This document shows positions 8,721 through 17,709 of a DNA stretch of 32,000 bases, piece by piece. Under the pieces are notes generated by a model. It was not told the origin of the DNA and did no database searches. It saw nothing but the letters and a program-made list of their open reading frames with translations. This stretch comes from Pirellula staleyi DSM 6068 (GTDB taxonomy: Bacteria; Planctomycetota; Planctomycetia; Pirellulales; Pirellulaceae), in NCBI GenBank assembly GCA_000025185.1, contig CP001848.1:2190001-2222000 (forward strand), given 5' to 3'. Each line of letters begins with the position of its first letter. The first letter of the stretch is position 1. The translations under genes were made by a program, and so were the position numbers.

Positions 8721-10082
8721 GTGGCAGGACTGATCATCAGCGTGTCGGGACTACGTGGCATCGTGGGGGAGACACTTACCGACGAAGTCGCGGCTCGATT
8801 TGCTCGCGCTTTTAGTGAATCCCTCCCAGCGGGGGCAGTGGTGGTGAGCCGCGACGGCCGCTCGCATGGGCCTGGACTAGCGCGGGCGATTCAGGCTTCC
8901 CTGGTCGCCTGTGGTCGCACGGTGATTGATGCGGGGATCGCCGCCACCCCGACACTCGGTGTGCTGGTGCGGCATCTCGCGGCGGCTGGTGGCCTGCAGA
9001 TCTCGGCGAGCCATAACCCCCCCGAGTACAACGGCATCAAACTGTTTGGCACCGATGGTCGCGTGATCGGAGCCGAGGCAGGTGCTGCTGTGAAACAGCG
9101 GTACGAGACACTGACGAGCGAGACTGCTTCCGGCAGTGCCTCGCGTTCGTTCGGCGCAATTCGCGTGGCGAGCGACGTCCATGGACCGCATCTTGAAAAA
9201 GTGCTGGCGCAGGTGGATGTCGAGGCGATTCAGCAGCGAAAATTCAAGGTTTTGCTCGACAGCAACGCCGGCTCGGGAAGTTTGCTCGGCTCTCGGCTGC
9301 TCGAAACGTTGGGCTGCGAGGTGGTGATGCGTGGCGGCGCTGCGGACGGAGTGTTTTTGCATCCGCCAGAACCGACAGCCACCAATTTGAAAGGGATTGC
9401 TGCTGAGGTGGCAGGTCTCGGGGTCGACGTCGGTTTTTGTCAGGACCCCGATGCCGATCGCCTCGCGGTGATCGATGAGCAGGGGACCTATATCGGCGAA
9501 GAGTACACACTCGCCCTCTGCCTGGCTGATGTTCTGACGCGTCGCCGAGGTCCGGTGGTCATCAACTGCGCTACGAGTCGCATGAATGAAGACATCGCGA
9601 CAAAGTTGGGGTGCAAACTCTTGCGCTCCAAAGTGGGCGAAGCCAATGTGTGTGATCTGATGATCGCCCAGCAGGCTGTGTTTGGTGGAGAGGGGAGTGG
9701 TGGTCCCATCGATCCGCAGGTCGGGTATGTGCGCGATAGTTTTGTTGGCATGGCGACCATTTTGTCGGCGATGGCAACGCGTCGTAAAACCGTCAGCCAA
9801 CTCGTCGCGGAGATTCCTCGCTACGAGATTCACAAAACGCAGATGCAGCTCCCTGAGGGGACGCTTCAGAAGGCTCTTGATGCAGTGGCCAGGACTCTGA
9901 ATGACGCCAAGCACGACTGGTCGGATGGATTGCGGATCGACTACGCCGATCGCTGGCTGATTGTGCGCGGCAGCAATACCGAACCGATGGTACGGCTGAT
10001 TGCCGAGGCCAAAACGCTCGCCGCAGCGGTGGCACTGTGCGACGAGGGACGCGCAGCAATCGAAGCAGCGCTGGGAATGTAA
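8721..10082 (+). CDS. phosphohexomutase (phosphoglucosamine mutase / phosphomannomutase family)
   Basis: Active-site Ser loop ISASHNPPEYNGIKLF, Mg-binding FCQDPDADRLAV and sugar-binding loop GGEGSGG. GTG start at 8721; 453 aa. Confidence 0.88.
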   Translation: MAGLIISVSGLRGIVGETLTDEVAARFARAFSESLPAGAVVVSRDGRSHGPGLARAIQASLVACGRTVIDAGIAATPTLGVLVRHLAAAGGLQISASHNPPEYNGIKLFGTDGRVIGAEAGAAVKQRYETLTSETASGSASRSFGAIRVASDVHGPHLEKVLAQVDVEAIQQRKFKVLLDSNAGSGSLLGSRLLETLGCEVVMRGGAADGVFLHPPEPTATNLKGIAAEVAGLGVDVGFCQDPDADRLAVIDEQGTYIGEEYTLALCLADVLTRRRGPVVINCATSRMNEDIATKLGCKLLRSKVGEANVCDLMIAQQAVFGGEGSGGPIDPQVGYVRDSFVGMATILSAMATRRKTVSQLVAEIPRYEIHKTQMQLPEGTLQKALDAVARTLNDAKHDWSDGLRIDYADRWLIVRGSNTEPMVRLIAEAKTLAAAVALCDEGRAAIEAALGM

Positions 10083-10134
10083 GACGGCGGCACCGATCTA
10101 GTGGCTTGCAGCGGCTGAATCGCTCGCGCGAGGC

Positions 10135-12462
10135 TTAGGCCGCTTTGAGTTGGCGTGCCTTCTTGGCCCAGCCAATCCAGCGGATCACTTCTTCGCGATC
10201 GGGTGGCGCACTGCTCCGCAGGATCCGTTTCCCTTCACTCGATTCGATCAGTGGCTCGATCAGCTGAAGGACTTCGTCGGCTGGTAGTTCGGCGAGGTCT
10301 TCAGGGGTTTCAATGCCGCTGGCAACGAGAATTTGGGCATCGTGGCCGGCGATGCCAGGCATACGACAGCAGAGTGTCGACTCCTTCTGCCACTGGCGAA
10401 TCGTATCGGCTGTGATGTGCGACATCTTCAGTTTGCTAGCGAGCTGAACGGGGTTGGTTTCGAGCAGATCGCCGACCGTGCGCACGCCCACGACATGCAG
10501 CCGCTGCGATGTTTTTTCGCCGATGCTTGGCGCATCTTTCACGGCATCTTTGCGGTGGAGCTTGAACTTATCGCTGCCGCTCGAAGCGGGCCTTTCGCTC
10601 TCTGCTGAACGCTCGCTCTTGAGCAGGCTCGAGCGTCCCTTGGTTGTTTCTGGTGGTTTGTCGCGCGACAGAAGGGCGTGCGCTTCGTCTTCGATATCGG
10701 GCTCGCTGGAGCCCGTGTCGGCTGAAGTCGTCGCTGCGGCAGTTGTGATCCCCGGTTTGGGGCTGCGCTGAAAGACAGCGGCTGCCTTGCTGGCCGCCGA
10801 TTTGGCCGCCGAAGTTGTGGCCGAGGCGGCAACTTTCGCGGCCGACATCGACTTGGCAGCAGCGGAGGAAAGCCACGATCGAATTCGCGATGGACGACGT
10901 TCGGCACTCGGTGGCTGAGCGGCTGTGGCTTCGTCGGGCGAAGGCGTTTGGTCGTCCATCTCGGCTGCTTCGCGCGCGAGTTGATCGGCCAGCGGATGCT
11001 GCAAAATTACCGTATCGCGCGAGTGCATGTCGCGAGTGGTTGGGGAGGCTCTTTCATCGCGCGAAGGAACGTGCTCTTCGCTGTTGTGCTCGTCTTGAAT
11101 CTCGAGTTTTGCCTTGGATTTCTCGCGCGGTGGCAGGGAAATCGGAACGTACTTGGAAATATCGGGGGAGATCTCAGCTGGCTGAGGCGAAGCGGCTGCG
11201 GTTGCTGAAGTGGCGGGCTGGCGCTCTGTTTTCGCGGGCTCTCGGGGATTGGATGTAGGAGCGGCTTTCTCGTCGCGCTGACGTGGTTCTCGCCGCTCTG
11301 CGGAGGAACTGCTCGCGCGCGGAACATAGCTCGAGCTATAGGTCGACGAGAGTGGGCTGCTGTAGAGCAGCTGCGCGATATCGATCGGCTCGGTGAGTTC
11401 GGGGAGCTCGATCGGTTTGCGTCGTCGTGGTCGGCGATTGTCGATCACCGGCGAACTGACAAGTTTGTTCGTGCGGCGACGTTCGGCTGCGCCGGTTCCG
11501 AAGAGTGTTCCAGGAGGGCGAATCGGCTCGGCGTCGAGTTTTTCAATGGGCTTTTTGAGGACTTCCTCGGCATGAGCGCGGCGCACTTCCGCTTCGTCGT
11601 AGGGAAGATTGTCGATCACTTTGCCACGGACCGAAAACTCGGCATACAGCACTTCGAGGAACGCTTTCTGGCGTGAATCCTCGAGACGCTTGCGCAAGGT
11701 CTCCAAGGGGATCTTCGCGGCGGCCATGATGCCGCGCAGCGTGACGTCGACCCACGGAGGCTGCACATTCCCTTCGCGAATGGCCCGTTCGAGAATCCGC
11801 GCGAAACCGACGACTGCGGTCCCCAGGCAGCGGGCGACACGATCTTTACTCTCTTGGTCCATCCCTAGGAGCGGATTGCGCACCCCTTCGGACAGGTTGT
11901 AGTGATCGATCAGCACGTCGTAGTGCGCGTTGGCGAGGCGTGCTCCGCTGTGGATCATTTCTTTCAGCCAGTCGTCCCCTTCGGGCATTTCAACGCGGGG
12001 ATAGCCTCCCTGATCGTGATCGATGATCTGCTGCAGCTCGCCATACGACTTGGTGACGCTCCACTCGAGCGCGCGATGGACTGTTCCCTCTGCTTCACTT
12101 TGACCGGTGTGGAGCGGCATCAGCGGATCGCTGTAGTAGTGGCTCAGCACGCCAGCGGAGTAGACAGCCTCTTCCCACAAGTGGTTGCGAAACGCTTGCA
12201 CCGTGGCGTCGTACCATTTTTGGGCGGTGGTGACGGCACCTCCCCAGTAATTGTCTTGGACATGCAAAACGTGATTGCGAAAGTCTTTGAACTTGTCGTC
12301 GGGCGCTTTGGCCCCTTCGAGATAGGCCCCATGGTAGCGCAGGAACAGGTCGACCCAGCGTTCGTTGTCGGGGAGCTGGAGGTGCCTGAGCGCATCGATC
12401 GCCAGCTTGTGATGCGTACTGCGGCACAGCGAGGTGAACACGACATGCAAAAGGAGCGACAC
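10135..12462 (-). CDS. multidomain protein: zinc-dependent phospholipase C / S1-P1 nuclease-like N-terminal domain, long disordered linker, C-terminal DUF4332 (helix-hairpin-helix-like)
   Basis: The N-terminus STHHKLAIDALRHL and YLEGAKAPDDKFKDFRNHVLHVQDNYWGGA resemble the H...D / PD-x(n)-HF metal-ligand pattern of the PLC/P1 nuclease fold. About 330 aa of S/A/P/E/R-rich low complexity follow. The C-terminus has two HhH-like units (APSIGEKTSQRLHVVGVRTVGDLL and MPGIAGHDAQILVASGIETPEDLAELPADEV) typical of DUF4332. GTG start at 12462 (TTG at 12450 is an alternative). No signal peptide is apparent. Confidence 0.8.
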   Translation of the reverse strand: MSLLLHVVFTSLCRSTHHKLAIDALRHLQLPDNERWVDLFLRYHGAYLEGAKAPDDKFKDFRNHVLHVQDNYWGGAVTTAQKWYDATVQAFRNHLWEEAVYSAGVLSHYYSDPLMPLHTGQSEAEGTVHRALEWSVTKSYGELQQIIDHDQGGYPRVEMPEGDDWLKEMIHSGARLANAHYDVLIDHYNLSEGVRNPLLGMDQESKDRVARCLGTAVVGFARILERAIREGNVQPPWVDVTLRGIMAAAKIPLETLRKRLEDSRQKAFLEVLYAEFSVRGKVIDNLPYDEAEVRRAHAEEVLKKPIEKLDAEPIRPPGTLFGTGAAERRRTNKLVSSPVIDNRRPRRRKPIELPELTEPIDIAQLLYSSPLSSTYSSSYVPRASSSSAERREPRQRDEKAAPTSNPREPAKTERQPATSATAAASPQPAEISPDISKYVPISLPPREKSKAKLEIQDEHNSEEHVPSRDERASPTTRDMHSRDTVILQHPLADQLAREAAEMDDQTPSPDEATAAQPPSAERRPSRIRSWLSSAAAKSMSAAKVAASATTSAAKSAASKAAAVFQRSPKPGITTAAATTSADTGSSEPDIEDEAHALLSRDKPPETTKGRSSLLKSERSAESERPASSGSDKFKLHRKDAVKDAPSIGEKTSQRLHVVGVRTVGDLLETNPVQLASKLKMSHITADTIRQWQKESTLCCRMPGIAGHDAQILVASGIETPEDLAELPADEVLQLIEPLIESSEGKRILRSSAPPDREEVIRWIGWAKKARQLKAA

Positions 12463-12775
12463 GACTGGCGGTTCCGTCCGCAGGACTAAGTTTTCGTAAA
12501 GTTAGTAATAGAAAGTATTTGTGGCGATTCTTGTGGTTTTGAATTGAGCCGCTTTTCGACCTCGCCCAAACTGCCGTAAGTAGTGACTATTCGGGCTGTT
12601 ACGCCGAAGCTACTGGGGCACTCGAGGGGAGCGTAGCAGAATGGCGAAAACGGCCAAAGATCAGTCGCGTCCTAGTCGATACATGGCTCATCGCCAGACC
12701 TTTCCCATGAGCTAGCCGAGCTAGCGGAAAGCTGGGGAAGGTTTCAGAGAAAACTGCTCGGTCGGCCTCTTGATC

Positions 12776-12803
12776 TTGGGCAAGTCGAGCGATACTTTAT
12801 AGT
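12776..12803 (+). promoter_or_regulatory. possible sigma-70-type promoter for tRNA-Gly
   Basis: TTGGGC (12776-12781), a 16-nt spacer, then TATAGT (12798-12803), about 55 nt upstream of the tRNA 5' end. Motif match only. Confidence 0.25.
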
Positions 12804-12863
12804 GCTTCCGAGAGAGCGAACCTCGCCCGCTGTGGCGTCGTCTGTTAATCTTGGGAACGATAC

Positions 12864-12936
12864 GCGGGTGTAGCTCAGTTGGTAGAGCACCACGTTGCCA
12901 ACGTGGTTGTCGTGGGTTCGAATCCCATCACCCGCT
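12864..12936 (+). tRNA. tRNA-Gly (anticodon GCC)
   Basis: Folded by hand into a cloverleaf: acceptor gcgggtg/cacccgc, D arm gctc-agttggta-gagc, anticodon arm ccacg-ttGCCaa-cgtgg, variable loop ttgtc, T arm gtggg-ttcgaat-cccat, discriminator t. 73 nt; CCA is not encoded. Confidence 0.95.
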
Positions 12937-13406
12937 CTCGATTGTTTACTGGATGACTGCAACTGCTGCATGACCATAGCAGTTTGCAGCATGCCAACGG
13001 AAATGGGCCGATTTTGGCTGGTTCACTGGTAGTTTTGCATCGACGCGAAACTTTTGGTGGCTGGTCATCCAGGCTTCGTGAATCAGGTCGACTGAGTCCG
13101 CTCGACGCCAGCGTCAGCATGACCACCGCAGACTCTGATCTGCGTCTTTTAGCCTGTGCTTCATTTCGCGTAACCAGTGGAAGAGAAGAAGCTTGGCGTT
13201 TTCTGAAATCGATGGGGCAAGGCTGCTCTTTCGATTCTTTCCCGAACGTTCAGCGGGTGCTGCGATGAAAGCCGAATGCGTGCTTTAAGTCGTTCGCTCA
13301 CTTGAACTTCGATTCGGACAGATAAGTGCGTCAGGCATTTTTCGAGAAGCGTATACCGTCGTAGTTGTTTCCTTTTTGGCCAGGATTTTTCCCCTGGGGT
13401 TGCCCG

Positions 13407-14888
13407 ATGAGCTCATCTGAAGTTGATACCGTAAGTCCTGCAGGCGAAGCTGAAGTCGTGAAGTTGTCGCTCGACGTGAAGGTCGAGAAGCCCAGCGCTT
13501 GCGAACGACATGTGAAGGTGTCGGTCAGCGCGGACGACGTCAAACGCTACCTCAAGGACGCTTTCGACGACCTCGGCCCCAAGGCTGAAGTTCCCGGCTT
13601 TCGTGCCGGTCGTGCCCCTCGCAAGCTGGTTGAAGCCCGCTTCCGCGATCAAATTGCTGATCAAGTGAAGGGGAAACTGCTGATGGACAGCATGACCCAG
13701 ATCAGCGAAGACCACGACTTCTCGGCCATTAGCGAACCTGACTTCAATTTCAGCGCCGTCGATCTGCCAACCGATGGCCCGATGTCGTTTGAGTTCAACA
13801 TCGAAGTTCGCCCTGAATTCGACCTGCCCGAATGGAAGGGTCTGAAGATCGAGCGCTTGGTGCACGAGTACACCGAAGACGAAGTGACGCAGCACCTGAA
13901 CAAGCTGCTCGCTCGCTACGCCACGCAAGTGGAAAGCACCGAGCCGATCCAGATGGGTGACCTCGTCGCCTGCGAAATGCACTTCCAGAAGGATGGTGCA
14001 TGTCTCGCTCACTTCAACGAAACGTTGGAAGTGCGAGAAGTTCTCAGCCTCAGCGACACCAAGGTCGAAAACTTTGGCGAGTTGATGGTTGGCAAGAACA
14101 TCGGCGACGAAGCGAAGACCACCGTCACCATTTCGGCCGATGCTGAAAATGAAACGCTCCGCGGCGTGACGCTCGACCTGTCGATTCACATCGTTGGCGT
14201 GCAAACCCGCAAATTGCCTGACCTTAACGAAGGTTTCCTCGATCGCATTGGCGGCTTTGCCAGCGTCGATGAACTTCGCGCTGAAGTGAAGAAGGAACTC
14301 GATCGCCAGTTGAGCTATCAGCAGCAGCGTCAGGTTCGTCAGCAGATCACATCGACTTTGACCGTAGCTGCCAACTGGGACCTCCCACCAGCGATGCTCC
14401 GCCGTCAAGCTCGCCGCGAACTCGAGCGTGCAGTGATGGAATTGCAGTCGAGCGGCTTCGGCAACGACATGATCAAGGCCTACGCCAACCAACTGCAGCA
14501 AAACGCGATGGCTGAAACGGCCCGCGCTTTGAAGGAACACTTCATCCTCGAGCGTATCGCCGAAGATCAATCGATCGACGCCGAACCGCAAGACTATGAC
14601 AACGAGATCCGTCTGCTCGCCGAACAGAGCGACGAATCCCCACGTAAGGTCCGTGCTCGCCTTGAGAAGCGTGGCCTGATGGACACCCTTCGCAACCAGA
14701 TCATCGAACGCAAGGTGATCGACGTCATCACCAAGAGCGCCGAGTTCACCGACAAGCCCTACACACCACCGAAGAACGACATCACCGCTGTCGACTTCGC
14801 GGTGAGTGGTCACGAGCATGCGATTCCAGACGCAGCCCACGCCGACGTCCCCGTGACGCCCGGCTCGCCTGAATTGCCAAAGGCCTAA
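13407..14888 (+). CDS. tig: trigger factor (ribosome-associated chaperone/PPIase)
   Basis: The N-terminal ribosome-binding region has the signature PGFRAGRAPRKLVEARF (GFRxGxxP motif), followed by an FKBP-like middle region and a helical C-terminal arm. It sits immediately upstream of clpP, the classic tig-clpP synteny. ATG 13407 is preferred; the ORF is open from 13365. Confidence 0.92.
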   Translation: MSSSEVDTVSPAGEAEVVKLSLDVKVEKPSACERHVKVSVSADDVKRYLKDAFDDLGPKAEVPGFRAGRAPRKLVEARFRDQIADQVKGKLLMDSMTQISEDHDFSAISEPDFNFSAVDLPTDGPMSFEFNIEVRPEFDLPEWKGLKIERLVHEYTEDEVTQHLNKLLARYATQVESTEPIQMGDLVACEMHFQKDGACLAHFNETLEVREVLSLSDTKVENFGELMVGKNIGDEAKTTVTISADAENETLRGVTLDLSIHIVGVQTRKLPDLNEGFLDRIGGFASVDELRAEVKKELDRQLSYQQQRQVRQQITSTLTVAANWDLPPAMLRRQARRELERAVMELQSSGFGNDMIKAYANQLQQNAMAETARALKEHFILERIAEDQSIDAEPQDYDNEIRLLAEQSDESPRKVRARLEKRGLMDTLRNQIIERKVIDVITKSAEFTDKPYTPPKNDITAVDFAVSGHEHAIPDAAHADVPVTPGSPELPKA

Positions 14889-14990
14889 GGAAATTACCTA
14901 GGGGCTGTCTGACCTGACAGGCTGCCTAATTTTGCTAGTTCGCCAAACCTTAGTGTGGCGAGCTAGCAAACTCAACTTACGAACGATCGT

Positions 14991-15021
14991 AAAAACCCCG
15001 CTTCTCGAGGCGGGGTTTTTT
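14991..15021 (+). terminator. rho-independent (potentially bidirectional) terminator after tig
   Basis: aaaaaCCCCGCttctcgagGCGGGGtttttt: a GC-rich stem flanked by an A5 tract and a T6 tract. Confidence 0.8.
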
Positions 15022-15379
15022 GCTGCGCGGTACTAACTGCCGAAGAAGCTCGCAGTTAGAGATTCTGCCTGCAAGGAAGTTGGAAGCAGCAGCGTCGACA
15101 GTTGGCCGAGGGGGCAGCAAGCTCCACCGAATGCCCAGATGTCTCGTTGCTGATCCCCTCGATGTAGTACCCTGGCCTCGCGCACGGGAGTGCGGAATAA
15201 TACATCCAGTTGAATGCCTTCGCAGCTTGATCGCCGCACGACCGCAGCCTCGGTGCTACCCAGAGGGTAGTACGACTGACCACTGCCTCGATTGATCCGT
15301 AAAAGTAGCTTTACCCGCAAGCATTTCCAGCATTGGGCAAACAGGCCGCCCGCAAGATTCTCCGGAAGGATGCACCGCA

Positions 15380-16006
15380 ATGAGCGATTATGGACCGGGT
15401 TCGATTTCCAATTCACATTCCTACCAAAGCTACCAGCGGCAACGTCAACTCACCCTGGGCGATCTTCTGCTCGAGAACCGCATTGTGTTCTTGCAGGGGG
15501 AGATCTACACCGGCAACGCCAACGAAATGGTGATGAAGCTGCTGTATCTCCAAAGCGAAAACCGCCGCAAGGATATTCACTTCTACATCAACAGCCCGGG
15601 TGGCGACGTTGCGGCTACCTTGGCTGTCTACGACACCATGCAAATGCTGAGCTGCCCAGTTGCTACCTACTGCGTGGGCCAAGCTGCCAGCGGCGCAGCC
15701 GTGCTGCTGCTCGGTGGCACCAAGGGAAAACGCTACGCTCTCCCGAATTCGCGCATCATGATGCATCAGCCTCACGGTGGCGTGGGTGGTCAGATCAGCG
15801 ATATCGAAATTCAAGCACGCGAAATCCTGCGTTATCGCGAAGTGCTGAACGAAATCATTTCGAAGCACACCGGGCAGGCGATCGACAAGATTGCAAAGGA
15901 CTGCGATCGCGACTTCTTCCTCTCGGCTGGTGAGGCAAAAGCCTATGGCGTGGTCGACGACATCCTGCAAAAGATGCCAGGTAGCGAACCTGAAGAGAAA
16001 GACTAA
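15380..16006 (+). CDS. clpP: ATP-dependent Clp protease proteolytic subunit, divergent paralog (ClpP1-type)
   Basis: ClpP fold motifs YINSPGGDV, Ser in GQAASGAAVLL, His in MMHQP and Asp in DCDRDFFLSA, so the catalytic triad is retained. The N-terminal 30 aa (MSDYGPGSISNSHSYQSYQRQRQ) are unlike the canonical axial-loop sequence. Confidence 0.92.
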   Translation: MSDYGPGSISNSHSYQSYQRQRQLTLGDLLLENRIVFLQGEIYTGNANEMVMKLLYLQSENRRKDIHFYINSPGGDVAATLAVYDTMQMLSCPVATYCVGQAASGAAVLLLGGTKGKRYALPNSRIMMHQPHGGVGGQISDIEIQAREILRYREVLNEIISKHTGQAIDKIAKDCDRDFFLSAGEAKAYGVVDDILQKMPGSEPEEKD

Positions 16007-16089
16007 CCCGACGGCTTCCGCCCGAAGTTAGCGCCACCAACGAACCACAATCAATCAAATTGAAATAGATCAACGGAGTTTGCCGCGCG

Positions 16090-16707
16090 ATGCCTTTAAT
16101 TCCTTATGTCGTTGAGAAGAGCGGTCGTGAAGAGCGTGTTTACGACATCTATAGTCGCCTGCTCAAAGACCGCATCATTTTCCTTGGTACGCAGGTGAAC
16201 GACGAAATGGCTAATGCCATCGTCGCTCAAATGCTCTTCTTGCAATCGGACGATCCGAAGGCCGACATCCACCTGTATATCAACTCGCCTGGCGGCAGCA
16301 TTAGCGCCGGCATGGCGATCTACGACACAATGCAGTTCGTCACCTGCGATGTGGCGACCTACTGCATTGGTCAGGCTGCCTCGATGGGGGCCGTGCTGCT
16401 GACAGCCGGCGCTCCTGGTAAGCGATTCGCGCTTCCCAACGCACGCATCATGATTCACCAGCCACTGGCAGGCATGCAAGGGACCGCCGAAGAGATCATG
16501 ATCCACGCCAAAGAGTTCCGCCGCATTAAGCAGCGCATGAACGAAATCATGCTCAAGCATACCGGTCAACCGATGGAAAAAATCGAGTCCGACACCGATC
16601 GCGATCGCTTTATGTCAGCCGCCGAAGCTGCTGAGTATCGCATCGTCGACAAGGTGATCGAGCGCATGCCTACGCCCACCGCTTCCACGCCGAAGTCGGA
16701 AGGCTAA
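16090..16707 (+). CDS. clpP: ATP-dependent Clp protease proteolytic subunit, canonical paralog (ClpP2-type)
   Basis: Canonical N-terminus [28 protein letters not shown], then [20 protein letters not shown] (Ser), MIHQP (His) and [10 protein letters not shown] (Asp). Confidence 0.95.
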   Translation: MPLIPYVVEKSGREERVYDIYSRLLKDRIIFLGTQVNDEMANAIVAQMLFLQSDDPKADIHLYINSPGGSISAGMAIYDTMQFVTCDVATYCIGQAASMGAVLLTAGAPGKRFALPNARIMIHQPLAGMQGTAEEIMIHAKEFRRIKQRMNEIMLKHTGQPMEKIESDTDRDRFMSAAEAAEYRIVDKVIERMPTPTASTPKSEG

Positions 16708-17008
16708 TCGATCGGCTGCGAGTCGCCTCTAGCGAGTCGCTGGCAGCAAGCACATCCTTTCCGATTGGTTTCGGGCGTGATGTGTCCAGCAAATTCTGCT
16801 CGCGATGTTGCGTCACGGCATCGCGAGTGGACCTGAATGTTGATTACAGGCAACAGAGAATCGATGAACGAGGTTTTTTAGGCATTTTGTGACCAATCAT
16901 GAAATGCCTGAGAATCAAACATGAGATAGAGTTGTGTTGCGCGACCGGAACATCGCGTGTCTCGACCCTATCGGGGCAACTTGCTTCGCTGCCAAAAGGA
17001 AGTTCGCG

Positions 17009-17689
17009 ATGAGCGATCTGGTTCTTTCTCCACTCTCACTTCAACCTCATTTGTCGCTAGTCGACGCTGTCTACGAAACGTTGCTCGAAGCAATTGTTTC
17101 GGGACGCATCGACAGCGGAACAATCCTGAGCGAAGTGGTGGTCGCAGATCAATTACAGGTCAGCCGCACACCGGTTCACGATGCACTCCGCCAGTTGGCG
17201 AAAGATGGCTTGGTCGAGCGGAGCAACAACCGCCGCGCCAAGGTCACGCGTTTCACGCGCGACGATGTCTACGAGATCTTTGAACTGCGCAAGTACCTGG
17301 AAGGTCCCGCCGCTGAGCTCGCCGCTCTGCGGATGGATCGCAGACAGCTTCAGCCCCTCCGCGATCACGCCGATGCGCTCGCCGCTAAGCCCCGCGATGA
17401 AGAGTGGCGTATGGCCTGGGCCGTGTTCGACGAAGAGTTTCACCACACCATTGCGTCGTCGAGCGGTAACAGTCGCCTGACCCGTGATATCGGTCGCTAT
17501 CGTTTGCTGCATCGCGGCTTTAACAAAACGAAGACCGAACTTGCTTCGCTCGAGCAAGCGCTCTCGGAACACTACGAGATTCTCGACGCCCTCGAGACCC
17601 ACGATAGCGTGCGGGCACGCGATGCCATGATTGCCCACATTGCGACGTGGCAAACCTACTTCATGCAAGTGATCGAGCTCAGCACGTAG
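17009..17689 (+). CDS. GntR-family transcriptional regulator (FadR/FCD subfamily)
   Basis: Winged HTH LSEVVVADQLQVSRTPVHDALRQLAKDGLVE, followed by an all-helical FCD-like C-terminal domain with His residues (FHHTI, LSEHYEILDAL). ATG 17009 has AAAAGGAAG upstream and is preferred over the TTG/GTG-type start at 16934. Confidence 0.88.
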   Translation: MSDLVLSPLSLQPHLSLVDAVYETLLEAIVSGRIDSGTILSEVVVADQLQVSRTPVHDALRQLAKDGLVERSNNRRAKVTRFTRDDVYEIFELRKYLEGPAAELAALRMDRRQLQPLRDHADALAAKPRDEEWRMAWAVFDEEFHHTIASSSGNSRLTRDIGRYRLLHRGFNKTKTELASLEQALSEHYEILDALETHDSVRARDAMIAHIATWQTYFMQVIELST

Positions 17690-17709
17690 GAGAACTCCCC
17701 AGCCGCGTG

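Noticed and set aside
12984-13268. 94-aa ORF in the tRNA-tig spacer, and the 82/83-aa minus-strand ORFs overlapping the tRNA (12744-13126)
   Set aside because: They show no coding-like third-position bias or motifs, and the minus-strand ones run through the tRNA gene. They are treated as non-coding.
12463-13406. tRNA-Gly as a possible genomic-island integration site
   Set aside because: There is no integrase, no phage or IS genes, and no convincing direct repeat of the tRNA 3' end nearby. Flanking genes are housekeeping (tig, clpP).
13413-14840. 475-aa ORF antisense to tig. Similar full-length antisense or off-frame ORFs occur at 2983-3957, 4578-5531, 5417-6928, 8877-9914, 18194-19060, 19310-20725, 21086-21862, 22040-22882, 24132-25061, 25786-26979 and 27068-28093.
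   Set aside because: Each overlaps a gene with strong family motifs on the other strand or in another frame. The compositions are typical of shadow frames, and none shows a motif I recognise. The pattern is a codon-usage by-product, not overlapping genes.
15292-15933. 213-aa ORF overlapping clpP1 in another frame
   Set aside because: The clpP1 frame carries the full ClpP motif set. The alternative frame is Arg/Ser/Pro/Gly/Ala-rich with no motif.
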